DNA from: Candidatus Heimdallarchaeota archaeon
GTDB lineage: Archaea; Asgardarchaeota; Heimdallarchaeia; Heimdallarchaeales; Heimdallarchaeaceae
Assembly: GCA_018238545.1 (NCBI GenBank)
Contig: JABCTC010000011.1
Coordinates: 5,245 to 69,244, forward strand
Length of the DNA: 64,000 nt
Direction of reading: 5' to 3'
Below the pieces are notes generated by a model that was not told the DNA's origin, made no database searches, and worked only from the letters and a program-made list of their open reading frames with translations. This document shows positions 54,658 through 64,000 of this stretch, in pieces (within the stretch, counting starts at the first letter, position 1; each line of letters opens with the position of its first letter). The translations under genes and the position numbers were made by a program.

Positions 54658-57600
54658 ATGCATGTTGATATGACCTCCACTCCAGTTGAAAGATTCCGCG
54701 AATTCTATCAAGGTTACCAGGATGAGAATGGGAAGCATATTTACATTGAACAAGTTCAGAAAATGTCTCTTGAGGGGCTTTCTTCAGTAATTCTCAATTA
54801 TGATGATCTGTTAAGATACGACCCAGAACTTGCAAGGCTTCTCAGAGAGAATCCTGAGGAAACTATCAAAGCAGCTGATGATGCTTTAGTTGAAGTTCTT
54901 CGTGTTGAAGATCCTATTTATGCTTCAAGTGGAGAAGTGTTTCATGCACGATTTATCAGCATTCCAGATATAGTGGATCTAAGAAGATTAAGATCTGTTC
55001 ATCTTGGTCAATTCATCTCTGTTGAAGGGATAATTATCAGACAAAGTGTTGTCAAACCACTTTTAGTTCAAGGTGTATTTCAATGTGCGATATGTGGAGA
55101 GGTGCATTATATCAACCAAGAGGATGGGATGTATGCCGAGCCCTCTAGGTGTGTTAATCCCAATTGTGGGAAGAAAGGACCCTTCAAATTATTAACTGAA
55201 GAATCAACCTACACCGATTTACAAACTGTAACTGTTCAAGAGAAACCAGAAGAATTACCTCCTGGACAAATCCCAAGATCACTGCCTTCAAGATTAGTAG
55301 GAGATTTAGTAGACTCTGTTAGAGCAGGTGACAGAGCTATAGCTTCAGGTATCCTAAAAATGCGTCCATCTCGTACAGCTCAAGGTAAAAGTAAAACAGC
55401 GACATTTGATCCATGGTTAGATGTAAACTTCATATCGTCTAAAGATAAAGAATATGAAGACATAGAAATCGACCCTGAAACAGAGGAAGAAATTATTAAA
55501 CTTTCCAAGGATCTTAATATTCATAGAAGGATAGTGCGATCAATAGCACCTTCAATTTATGGGATGGAAACAATAAAGGAAGCACTAGCTTCAGTGTTGT
55601 TTGGAGGAGTATCAAGAGTTGCACCAGATGGGATGAAACAAAGAGGAGATTCAAATGTACTGTTAGTAGGTGATCCTGGAGTCGCAAAGTGTTGTCATGG
55701 TGAGACTGAAATCCTTGAAGTTAACGGTGTGACCACAACTATTGAGAAAATTGTGAATAAACAGCTGGCTATTAATTCTACAAAGATTGACGATGGCTAT
55801 TATGCCGAAGGAACCTTACCAATTTTTACATTAAATATGAATGGTAAACTAGAAAAATCAGTTGCAAACATTTTCTGGAAGAGAGAAGCACCAAAAATCA
55901 TGTTTAAAATTAAAACAAATTTAGGGAACGAAATTACAGTAACTCCTACACACCCATTTTTTGTAACAGAAAATTGTGAAATAGAGAGCAAGAAAGCGAA
56001 ATTATTAAAAGTTGGGGATTTTATTGCATCACCTCTAGGTGTACAAAATGAATCAGAGTCATCGATAGACATCGATATTAAAAAAGGTCTAACAACTGCA
56101 CAAAAGGTAAATATTCCAAAGAAGATTACGCCTGAGCTAGCTAGATTGTTAGGATACCTCTGTGGTGATGGATGTGTATATGAAGCTAATACTTCTTATG
56201 TAACATCTTTCACCAATGCTGATAAAAAGCTGATAGATGACTACATATACTGTTTTGAACAATCATTTAAGAACATTAATTTTTATCAAGAAAATAAAAT
56301 AAACAGTCCTCAAACCAGAGAGATTCGTGCTTATTCCATTGAATTAGGTAGGTTTTTCCAGAAACTAGCACCTTCACTTCTGGAAGGGTCGGACAATAAA
56401 CGAGTTCCGAATGCAATAATGAAGGCACCTAATGAATTATCAAAGGAATTCTTAAAAGGATACTTTGATGCAGATGGAACTGTAAATAAAAAACGAGCGA
56501 CGATTTCTGCAACATCTTCCAGTGGGAAATTACTGTCAGATATTCAATTGCTACTTAGAAGACATAATATTGTCTCACAGATAGGTTATACTCATTCTAA
56601 AAGTCAAACTTCTAAGAAAAAGAAATATCATAGATTGAAAATTACTTCTATTGTCAATTTTAAGAATTTCAAGCATGAAATCGGGTTTAGTTCCATTAAA
56701 AATGAAAGATTAGATAAAAACTTTTATTCTAACACAAATATTAACGTGGTACCTGGACTAAGCCAATTCCTATTAGAACTACGAGAAGAATATGGATTAT
56801 CTCAATATGAGATGGGAATTACAAGAAGTACATACCAACACTATGAAAAAGGAGATAGAAATCCCTCAAGGGGTAAATTAAGAGAAATTATTCTAGAAAT
56901 TAGTAGAATCAAACAAAGTATAAAAATAGAACAACTGCAAAAGTTGATCGATGCGGATATTTTTTGGACAAGAATCGTATCAATCAAAGAAATTATTCCA
57001 GATTTTGAATGGGTTTATGATTTACAGGTTCCGGAAACACACAACTTTGTTGCTAATGGTATATTTGTTCACAATAGCCAAATGTTGCAATATATAGCGC
57101 GATTAGCTCCTAGAGGATTACTAACCTCTGGAAAGGCAAGCTCGGCCGCAGGACTTACCGCAGCTGTCGTTCGTGATCCCGATTCAGGCGAGTTTACTTT
57201 AGAAGCTGGTGCGTTAGTATTAGCAGATAGGGGTGTTTGTCTTATTGATGAATTCGATAAGATGAACCCAGTCGACCGTTCTGCGATACATGAGGCGATG
57301 GAGCAACATACGATCAGTATTGCGAAAGCAGGGATAGTTGCTACGCTTAATGCTCGAACCTCTATCATTGCCGCTGCTAATCCTCGTTTTGGTAGGTATG
57401 AAGACTCTCGTCCTCCCAATGAAAATATCAATCTTCCCCCTACTATTCTATCTCGTTTCGATTTGATTTTTGTTATCAAAGATATACCTGACGAAGATAA
57501 AGACAAAAAAATGGCTAGACACATATTAGAATTGAGAAGAGGGCATATTACTGAAGCTGTAGAACCTGTTATTCCAATGGAGTTACTTCGAAAATATATC

Positions 57601-58110
57601 AGTTATGCAAAACAACAAGTTGAGCCAGCTTTAACTGATGAAGCTATGGAAAGAATTGAAGCCTATTATTTAGATTTAAGGAAAACTTCAGATGAGAATA
57701 CAGCTATAGCTATTACACCCAGATATCTTGAAGCAATTATTCGTTTATCTGAATCTCAAGCAAGAATGGCTTTGAAAGATGAAGTTACAATTGATCATGT
57801 TGAAGCTGCTATAAATCTTCTAAGATCTTCTCTAGAACAGGTAGGAAAAGATCCAGTTACAGGTAAAGTTGATATTGACTTCTTACTTTCAGGAACAACT
57901 AAGGCTACTAGATCAAAAATGCAAACTGTTATTGATTTAATTAAAGAGGAATCTCGAAAAGGAACCGTTGACATAGTGCCAGTTAGGAAAATCAAAGAGC
58001 TTGCCAAAGAGAATAATATCGAAGAAGATTTTGTAGATAAAGTTATAGAACAACTTCGAAGTAATGGTGAGATATATTCACCAAGAGATGGTTACGTTAA
58101 GTTAGCATAA
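54658..58110 (+). CDS. mcm: MCM replicative helicase, interrupted by an intein in the Walker A loop
   Basis: Zn motif CAICG..CVNPNCG. Walker A GDPGVAK | intein | SQMLQY. Walker B CLIDEFDKM. Arginine-finger region SRFDLIF. Confidence 0.9.
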   Translation: MHVDMTSTPVERFREFYQGYQDENGKHIYIEQVQKMSLEGLSSVILNYDDLLRYDPELARLLRENPEETIKAADDALVEVLRVEDPIYASSGEVFHARFISIPDIVDLRRLRSVHLGQFISVEGIIIRQSVVKPLLVQGVFQCAICGEVHYINQEDGMYAEPSRCVNPNCGKKGPFKLLTEESTYTDLQTVTVQEKPEELPPGQIPRSLPSRLVGDLVDSVRAGDRAIASGILKMRPSRTAQGKSKTATFDPWLDVNFISSKDKEYEDIEIDPETEEEIIKLSKDLNIHRRIVRSIAPSIYGMETIKEALASVLFGGVSRVAPDGMKQRGDSNVLLVGDPGVAKCCHGETEILEVNGVTTTIEKIVNKQLAINSTKIDDGYYAEGTLPIFTLNMNGKLEKSVANIFWKREAPKIMFKIKTNLGNEITVTPTHPFFVTENCEIESKKAKLLKVGDFIASPLGVQNESESSIDIDIKKGLTTAQKVNIPKKITPELARLLGYLCGDGCVYEANTSYVTSFTNADKKLIDDYIYCFEQSFKNINFYQENKINSPQTREIRAYSIELGRFFQKLAPSLLEGSDNKRVPNAIMKAPNELSKEFLKGYFDADGTVNKKRATISATSSSGKLLSDIQLLLRRHNIVSQIGYTHSKSQTSKKKKYHRLKITSIVNFKNFKHEIGFSSIKNERLDKNFYSNTNINVVPGLSQFLLELREEYGLSQYEMGITRSTYQHYEKGDRNPSRGKLREIILEISRIKQSIKIEQLQKLIDADIFWTRIVSIKEIIPDFEWVYDLQVPETHNFVANGIFVHNSQMLQYIARLAPRGLLTSGKASSAAGLTAAVVRDPDSGEFTLEAGALVLADRGVCLIDEFDKMNPVDRSAIHEAMEQHTISIAKAGIVATLNARTSIIAAANPRFGRYEDSRPPNENINLPPTILSRFDLIFVIKDIPDEDKDKKMARHILELRRGHITEAVEPVIPMELLRKYISYAKQQVEPALTDEAMERIEAYYLDLRKTSDENTAIAITPRYLEAIIRLSESQARMALKDEVTIDHVEAAINLLRSSLEQVGKDPVTGKVDIDFLLSGTTKATRSKMQTVIDLIKEESRKGTVDIVPVRKIKELAKENNIEEDFVDKVIEQLRSNGEIYSPRDGYVKLA
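55690..57075 (+). mobile_element. 462-aa intein with LAGLIDADG endonuclease and an embedded HTH-like segment, in the MCM P-loop
   Basis: It starts at Cys345 (CCHGETEIL) and ends ..GIFVHN, followed by +1 Ser. LAGLIDADG blocks are LGYLCGDGCV and YFDADGTV. The HTH-like segment is LSQYEMGITRSTYQHYEKGDRNPS. Confidence 0.85.
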
Positions 58111-58124
58111 TTTTGTGATGTTTG

Positions 58125-60371
58125 ATGAATATTGCAGATCTTCCCATCCCGCAAATTGTGAAAGATAAATTAGCGAAGGAAGGAATAATTTCTCTCTACC
58201 CACCTCAAGTAGAGGCCATAAACAAGAAACTACTTGATGGGAATAATCTTGTTGTTGCTATACCTACAGCTTCTGGTAAAACACTTTTAGCAATTTTAGC
58301 AAGTTTGAAAGTAATCGCTGATAAAGGGTTAAAAACGCTATATCTTTCACCTCTGAGAGCTCTTGCTTATGAGAAATTTATTGAATTCAAAAACTATCTA
58401 GACTTGTTAGGTAAAAGAACTATTCTACTAACTGGTGACTATGATGGAGAGGATAGTAATGCAAAATATGCTGATGTGATCATTGCAACAAATGAGAAGA
58501 TTGATTCCGCAATTCGACATCAAGCTAAGTGGATTAGTAAGATTGGTTTGGTTGTAGCTGATGAGGTTCATCTCATTAATGACTCATCTAGAGGTCCTAC
58601 ATTAGAAGTTGTTTTAGCGCAACTCAGAAAATTAACAAAAGCACAGATTTTAGCTCTTAGTGCGACAATAAGAAATGCTGATGAAATCGCTAGATGGTTA
58701 GAAGCGGAACTCGTTTCTAGCGATTGGCGACCGGTTAAATTGAATGAAGGGGTTCTCAATGGCAATCAAATAATCTATGAAAATCACACAGCTTCTATAC
58801 CATTAATCTATAAAAACAGTTTCAATAATCTAATCACACATATATTAAAAAAGAAAAAACAAGCCTTGGTTTTTGTTACAACAAGAAATATGGCAGAATC
58901 AACAGCAAGGAATCTAATTAACAACGTGAAAAAAACACTTACAAGAGAGGAACAAGAACAATTGCTTTTAGCAGCAAAAAAAATAACTACCTCAGGAGAA
59001 CAAACTAAACAAGCCAAAAACCTTGCTCAATTAGTTCAAAATGGGGTCTCATTCCATCATGCTGGATTAAGTCCAACCCAAAGAAGAATAATAGAGGAGA
59101 ATTTCAAAAAAGGTTTCATCAAAATCCTTAGTGCCACTCCAACTCTTGCTGCGGGAATCAATTTGCCAGCTCGATATGTTATAATAAAAAGCATCTATCG
59201 ATATGATGTTACATTGGGTAGTTATCCCATTCCTGTTTTAGAATTTAAACAACAATCTGGAAGAGCTGGAAGGCCTCAATATGATAAAGAAGGAGATGCT
59301 ATAGTTATTGCAAAGAATGATTACGATGCTCAAAACCTTCTAGAGATGTATATTACAGCTGATACTGAAGATATAGATTCTAAAATAGCTGCAGAACCAG
59401 CACTACGGCGTATAGTTTTAGGTCAGATTGCGACTGATAACACTCAATCTTTAGACGAATTACACGAGTTCTTCGGCCAGACTTTTTATGGCTATCAACA
59501 AGATCCAACAAGTTTAAGCACAATTCTCCGAAAAGTCATCAAATTTTTAAGAGAAGAAAGTCTTATTACAAAAGATCCAGATTACTTAATTGCTACAAAT
59601 TTTGGTAAACGCGTTAGTCAACTATATATTGACCCTCTTAGTGGAATAATTATCAGGCAAGGGTTGATAAGAGCAAAACCAATGGCTAAAGGTTTACTCA
59701 CAGACATCAGTTTTCTTCATTTAGTCTGTTCAACACCAGATGTTAGATTTACAACTGTCAAAAAAGATGACCAATTCAGATTAATTAATTATGTAAGTGA
59801 TCACGAAGATGAATTTCTATTAGACCTTCCCACAACATCTTTTGAATTAGAATTATTTATGAGTCAATTAAAAACTGCATTAATTCTTAAAGATTGGATT
59901 GCTGAAACACCAGAGGATACGATGTTAGATAGGTATAAAATTGGTAGTGGTGACATATATTCAGTCGTAGCAAATTCAGAATGGTTGTTATATGCAACTG
60001 CTGAAATAGCTAAATTGTTGGGTCATAAGGAGATAGCAGAACGTACAAATATCCTGCACAACAGGATTGTAAACGGAATAAAAGGAGAGTTAGTTGACCT
60101 CGTAATGATTCCAGGTATAGGTAGAGTAAGAGCAAGAATGCTTTTTGATAAGGGTTACAAAACAAGGGAAATATTGAAGCAGACTAAACCCTCAGACATA
60201 ATGAAACTCTCAGGGTTTGGAAAAGAACTAGTCAAATCTATTTATTCTCATCTGTTGGGAGAAAAGTTTGTCGAAAGAGAGATTGGTCCAACAAGTGAAG
60301 AAGAGAAAACTGATTCAGACATTTTGAATTCAATCCCACAGAAAAGTTTAGATGATTTTTTCTCCAAATGA
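58125..60371 (+). CDS. hel308: Hel308/Hjm (Ski2-like) DNA helicase
   Basis: AIPTASGKT (motif I), VVADEVHL (motif II), LSAT (motif III), QQSGRAGR (motif VI), and a C-terminal HhH-like GIGRVRARML. Confidence 0.85.
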   Translation: MNIADLPIPQIVKDKLAKEGIISLYPPQVEAINKKLLDGNNLVVAIPTASGKTLLAILASLKVIADKGLKTLYLSPLRALAYEKFIEFKNYLDLLGKRTILLTGDYDGEDSNAKYADVIIATNEKIDSAIRHQAKWISKIGLVVADEVHLINDSSRGPTLEVVLAQLRKLTKAQILALSATIRNADEIARWLEAELVSSDWRPVKLNEGVLNGNQIIYENHTASIPLIYKNSFNNLITHILKKKKQALVFVTTRNMAESTARNLINNVKKTLTREEQEQLLLAAKKITTSGEQTKQAKNLAQLVQNGVSFHHAGLSPTQRRIIEENFKKGFIKILSATPTLAAGINLPARYVIIKSIYRYDVTLGSYPIPVLEFKQQSGRAGRPQYDKEGDAIVIAKNDYDAQNLLEMYITADTEDIDSKIAAEPALRRIVLGQIATDNTQSLDELHEFFGQTFYGYQQDPTSLSTILRKVIKFLREESLITKDPDYLIATNFGKRVSQLYIDPLSGIIIRQGLIRAKPMAKGLLTDISFLHLVCSTPDVRFTTVKKDDQFRLINYVSDHEDEFLLDLPTTSFELELFMSQLKTALILKDWIAETPEDTMLDRYKIGSGDIYSVVANSEWLLYATAEIAKLLGHKEIAERTNILHNRIVNGIKGELVDLVMIPGIGRVRARMLFDKGYKTREILKQTKPSDIMKLSGFGKELVKSIYSHLLGEKFVEREIGPTSEEEKTDSDILNSIPQKSLDDFFSK

Positions 60372-60969
60372 GCAATACTTTAAAAATATTAGAAATACTG
60401 TCGAGTTGGTAATAGTGAGTTCAGAAGAATTAGTTTTGAAAGAGCTTGAAAGAATTCAATTTGATTTCGAAAATAAAGACATTTCTGTCAAATGTTTGAA
60501 GAATCTTGAAGAATTCGACATGGGAGACAGGAAAATTAAGTTGCTAAAAGGAGTTAGAATAAAGGTTCCCTTCTGGCTTGCAATTTTTCTGGAAAAAGAT
60601 GGTTATATTGAGTTTGAAGAAAAGAATGAAATGAATTTTCCTATTTTATATAAATTGTCAAAGAAAGAAGGAGATAACATTGCCCTTCAAGAGCTAAGTT
60701 CCTATTTTTATATTGCTATGAGGAAGACCTACGAGGAGTTTAAAGATAAGAAGAAATCCATCCCTTATCGTCAAATTGAAGCAATTGATATGAAATTAAG
60801 AGAACTTATGACTATGAGGCTTTCCAAAATAATAAAAATTGCTGAAAAAGGGAGAAATATTACCACTAAAACACGTAATTTCACACCAGAAGAGCGATGG
60901 TTGTTCGAATTTGTTTCTGAAGCAATTGAAAAATGGAAGGCTATAGTTAAAGTTTCAGATATAGAATAA
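60352..60969 (+). CDS. GINS-like replisome subunit (tentative)
   Basis: The VPFWLAIFLEKDGYIEF block resembles the conserved P-x-W-L-A motif of GINS subunits. It is followed by a helical domain and lies next to mcm/hel308. The start is uncertain (20-nt overlap with hel308). Confidence 0.5.
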   Translation: MIFSPNEQYFKNIRNTVELVIVSSEELVLKELERIQFDFENKDISVKCLKNLEEFDMGDRKIKLLKGVRIKVPFWLAIFLEKDGYIEFEEKNEMNFPILYKLSKKEGDNIALQELSSYFYIAMRKTYEEFKDKKKSIPYRQIEAIDMKLRELMTMRLSKIIKIAEKGRNITTKTRNFTPEERWLFEFVSEAIEKWKAIVKVSDIE

Positions 60970-61019
60970 GATTGATATTTAGTAACAAAATTTATATCAT
61001 AGTTTTCCTTTTGCTTTAT

Positions 61020-62633
61020 GTGCCGAAGTATATCTTTGTTTGTGGAGCTTTAATTTCTGGATTAGGGAAAGGAGTTGTAACATCTTCAATAGGGAAGAAT
61101 CTCCAAGTACGTGGGAAAACAGTTAATGTTATCAAAATTGATCCTTATCTTAACATTGATGCAGGAACTATGAATCCTTATGAACACGGGGAAACGTATG
61201 TAACAGCTGATGGGTCGGAGATAGATGTTGATTTCGGTCATTATGAACGCATACTAAATTTAGAAATGAGCGGAGATCAAAACATAACAACTGGTCAAGT
61301 TTATCAATCTGTAATAGAAAAGGAAAGAAAGGGAGATTTTCTAGGGAAAACTGTTCAAGTAATTCCCCATATAACAGATGAAATCAAACGTAGAATAAAA
61401 TATATCGCAGAAAGAGTACCAAATCTAGACGCTCTAATCATCGAGGTAGGTGGAACAATTGGTGATATTGAAAGCCAACATTTCCTAGAAGCAATTAGAC
61501 AACTTCGAAGAGAAATGCCTCAAGAAGACACTCTTTTAGTGCTAGTAACGTATATTTTAGAACCTCCCAATTTAAAAGAGCAAAAAACTAAACCCATCCA
61601 ACATGCTGTAAGAGATTTGCAAGCCATGGGGTTAAAACCAGATATTATGGTCGCCCGTGGTGCTAATAATCTGACACAAAAATCAAAAGAAAAAATTATC
61701 ATGTTTTGTGATGTGCCTGCTAATGCAGTATTCTCATTACCTGATTTAGACAATGTATTATCCGCCCCATTATGTTTGGATAAACAGGGATTTGGTTCAA
61801 CTCTGAATCTTAAAATGAGGTTTGAGGACATTTCTGCGGATTGGTCAGAGGAAGAGAGACTACTTGAAAAATTCTCTAAGAAAGACAAAAATATACACAT
61901 CGCCATTATTGGAAAGTATACTGAATTAGCTGATTCTTATATTAGTGTAAAGGAGGCTATTCGCCATTCTGCAGCTCATAGTGATGTTCATGCTAGCATT
62001 GAATTTATCTCAACAGAAGATTATGAAGAGAATTCAGAAAGGATTCATGAGTTAAACAAATTTGATGGCATCCTAGTTCCAGGAGGCTTTGGGTCAAGAG
62101 GAGCTGAAGGCAAAATTTCTGTTATAACCTATTGTAGAGAAAACAAAATACCTTTTTTGGGTATTTGTTATGGATTTCAGCTTGCAGTTATAGAATTCGC
62201 ACGAAATAGCTGTAACCTTGATAACGCTAACACTACAGAAGTTGACATCGAAACACCTCATCCTGTAATCGATATCTTACCTGAGCAGAAAGGAATTAGT
62301 GATTTGGGCGGAACTATGAGACTTGGAAAACACAAAATTCTCATTGACAAAGATACACTCTTCGAGAAACTTTATGAGTCAAATATCATAGCAGAAAGAC
62401 ATAGACATAGATATGAGGTTAATCCCGAATATATTGAACAACTTAAGGATAAGGGTTTAATTTTCTCTGGCCGTTCTGAAGATGGTAAAAGGATGGAAAC
62501 TCTTGAATTAGACAATCATCCATGTTTTATTGCTACACAATATCATCCCGAATTTCAATCACGACCACATAAACCAGCTCCACCATTCATGCAATTTGTT
62601 ATGTCAGCAACTAAGAGATCTGTACAAAAATAG
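61020..62633 (+). CDS. pyrG: CTP synthase
   Basis: A GTG at 61020 gives (M)PKYIFVCGALISGLGKG. Other motifs: GTMNPYEHGE, glutaminase GICYGFQ, HRHRYEVN. The track ORF starts at 60972. Confidence 0.9.
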   Translation: MPKYIFVCGALISGLGKGVVTSSIGKNLQVRGKTVNVIKIDPYLNIDAGTMNPYEHGETYVTADGSEIDVDFGHYERILNLEMSGDQNITTGQVYQSVIEKERKGDFLGKTVQVIPHITDEIKRRIKYIAERVPNLDALIIEVGGTIGDIESQHFLEAIRQLRREMPQEDTLLVLVTYILEPPNLKEQKTKPIQHAVRDLQAMGLKPDIMVARGANNLTQKSKEKIIMFCDVPANAVFSLPDLDNVLSAPLCLDKQGFGSTLNLKMRFEDISADWSEEERLLEKFSKKDKNIHIAIIGKYTELADSYISVKEAIRHSAAHSDVHASIEFISTEDYEENSERIHELNKFDGILVPGGFGSRGAEGKISVITYCRENKIPFLGICYGFQLAVIEFARNSCNLDNANTTEVDIETPHPVIDILPEQKGISDLGGTMRLGKHKILIDKDTLFEKLYESNIIAERHRHRYEVNPEYIEQLKDKGLIFSGRSEDGKRMETLELDNHPCFIATQYHPEFQSRPHKPAPPFMQFVMSATKRSVQK

Positions 62634-62679
62634 TGAAAAACACATTTACTTAATATAGGATAATGTTTACATAACTATT

Positions 62680-63846
62680 GTGACCAGCAATATGGGAGTT
62701 CAAGATAAAATTGACAAGGTTATTGATGATATCTCCAAAAAGATTCAAAAATATAATGAACATAGAAAACTCTTTCAGAATCTGTTCAAACAAGCAAAAA
62801 AAACTTTGAATCCTTCTAAGTTTCCAGTGAACTTTGGCATCGTCACAACAGATAGTACATTTACTAAAAAAGTAGCTTCTACAAATATAGATGGTTTGAA
62901 AATAGCCGGTGTAGATGGTGGAGTAATTCATAGATCTCTCAATTTCTTTGATATTGCACTTATCAGAGCGGTTGGAGTTCTTTTTTACCATCGTAAAGAT
63001 GATAATCCAATGGTTCGTTATTTTCCTGAAGAGCAACCCTTTCCGGATATTCTTACTAGTATTGAACCTTTATCCCAGAATGAGCTTGAAACATTGATTT
63101 CTATCTGGCGTATGCAGAAGGAGATTCGTTGTGGTTTATCTCTTTTAGAGGAAGATCAACCTGATATAATAATGTTAGATGGATCTGTCCTTCCTGTTCT
63201 AGATGGTAGGGAAGTCAAACAAAGCGAGTTTCTTTTGCAACAATATCTAAACCTAAAAGCACTTTATCGGAAACTTTATTCAAAATGTCAAAGAAATCGA
63301 ATAGCGTTATGTGGAATTGTTAAGGATTCTCGTTCCGCTATTCTTACAAACAAATTAGCAGCTATTCTACCTCATTTAAGCAAATTAAAGGGTTTTGAAC
63401 AATTAATTGAAATTGATTATCGCCCCATTATCAGACAACTTCGGGATACAGATTTACTGTTCCAAGTTCTAGATACAAATGAGCGAACATTTGAATTTCT
63501 ACTCACTAAATTCAATGATGAAACAGATAAAGGTTTACCAGATTTTGAAATTCATTGCTTTTATCAAAAAACAGCTGAATTTGATACACCTTTAAGAATT
63601 GAATTCCCAGTATTAAATATTGCAGAAGGTAATATAGTAGAGAAAATCTCATCTTTAGTTAATGCAGTATCAAAATACAATCCTGAATATGGACTGCCAA
63701 ATGTTATTATAGAAGCAGATGCAAGAGCACGAATACAGGAGACAGATGCTGATATCCTTGTAGATGAAATAGCAGCAAAGATTGGTTACTCAAGTTTCTC
63801 GTTACAAAAACGAAGAAGTAGGGGACCATTTAAAACAGGTGTCTAA
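62680..63846 (+). CDS. nurA: NurA-like 5'-3' nuclease
   Basis: IAGVDGG catalytic-Asp block, about 390 aa, immediately followed (stop then ATG) by a HerA-like N-terminus. Confidence 0.6.
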   Translation: MTSNMGVQDKIDKVIDDISKKIQKYNEHRKLFQNLFKQAKKTLNPSKFPVNFGIVTTDSTFTKKVASTNIDGLKIAGVDGGVIHRSLNFFDIALIRAVGVLFYHRKDDNPMVRYFPEEQPFPDILTSIEPLSQNELETLISIWRMQKEIRCGLSLLEEDQPDIIMLDGSVLPVLDGREVKQSEFLLQQYLNLKALYRKLYSKCQRNRIALCGIVKDSRSAILTNKLAAILPHLSKLKGFEQLIEIDYRPIIRQLRDTDLLFQVLDTNERTFEFLLTKFNDETDKGLPDFEIHCFYQKTAEFDTPLRIEFPVLNIAEGNIVEKISSLVNAVSKYNPEYGLPNVIIEADARARIQETDADILVDEIAAKIGYSSFSLQKRRSRGPFKTGV

Positions 63847-64000
63847 ATGTCAAAAAAGAGTATAGGTACAATTATAGTAGATGAAGATCATTCGCCTAAT
63901 CCAACACAATTCAGTTTTGTTTTAACCAAACCTGAAGATGAATTTAAAATGCAAAAGGGGATGTTTATTGTTGTTCCTTCTGAAGAAGGAGAGGTTATTT
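63847..64000 (+). CDS. herA: HerA-like helicase, N-terminal fragment (runs off the window)
   Basis: MSKKSIGTIIVDEDHSPNPTQFSFVL..GMFIVVPSEEGEVI resembles the HerA HAS-barrel start. It is positioned after nurA. Confidence 0.5.
   Translation, partial: MSKKSIGTIIVDEDHSPNPTQFSFVLTKPEDEFKMQKGMFIVVPSEEGEVI

Noticed and set aside
62650-63036. 128-aa minus-strand ORF overlapping the start of the NurA-like gene
   Set aside because: It has no motifs and is fully overlapped by the + strand gene, which fits the nurA-herA arrangement.
1-64000. CRISPR arrays, rRNA genes, transposases/IS elements and integrated provirus
   Set aside because: I saw no regularly spaced direct repeats of 25-40 nt. I recognised no rRNA-like conserved blocks, no transposase or integrase motifs, and no flanking inverted repeats. 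The only mobile elements supported are the two inteins.

Overview
This is a visibly AT-rich, densely packed archaeal chromosomal segment with about 65 genes and no rRNA, tRNA or CRISPR array that I could recognise. All calls rest on reading motifs in the supplied ORF translations and the DNA by eye; no searches were run.

Archaeal core functions:
- MCM helicase split by an intein in its P-loop, Hel308, a GINS-like subunit, and NurA with the start of HerA
- CTP synthase, CDP-archaeol synthase and deoxyhypusine synthase
- a porGDAB 2-oxoacid:ferredoxin oxidoreductase operon whose beta subunit also carries an intein

Eukaryote-signature genes:
- a ubiquitin-type modifier cluster with E1, a ubiquitin-like protein, E2, a JAMM/MPN+ isopeptidase and a membrane-anchored RING-like protein
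- a second membrane RING-like protein, a two-domain gelsolin-like protein and a Rab-like small GTPase

Together these point (inference) to an Asgard, Lokiarchaeia-like genome.

Other content:
- an xdhABC-type molybdenum hydroxylase operon translationally coupled to a threonine-synthase-like PLP enzyme
- a MoxR/VWA pair, an orphan N6-adenine DNA methyltransferase, several transporters and many small zinc-ribbon ORFs

The most unusual feature is a tandem array at 6294-14047 of three paralogs sharing a roughly 230-aa cytosolic module. I predict this module to be a Roadblock/longin-like alpha/beta domain followed by a winged-helix-like end. In two genes it is fused, through a single transmembrane helix, to very large paralogous ectodomains rich in N-glycosylation sequons. 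The third gene encodes the module alone. I cannot assign this module to a named family and flag the array as the best candidate for an undescribed transmembrane signalling system.
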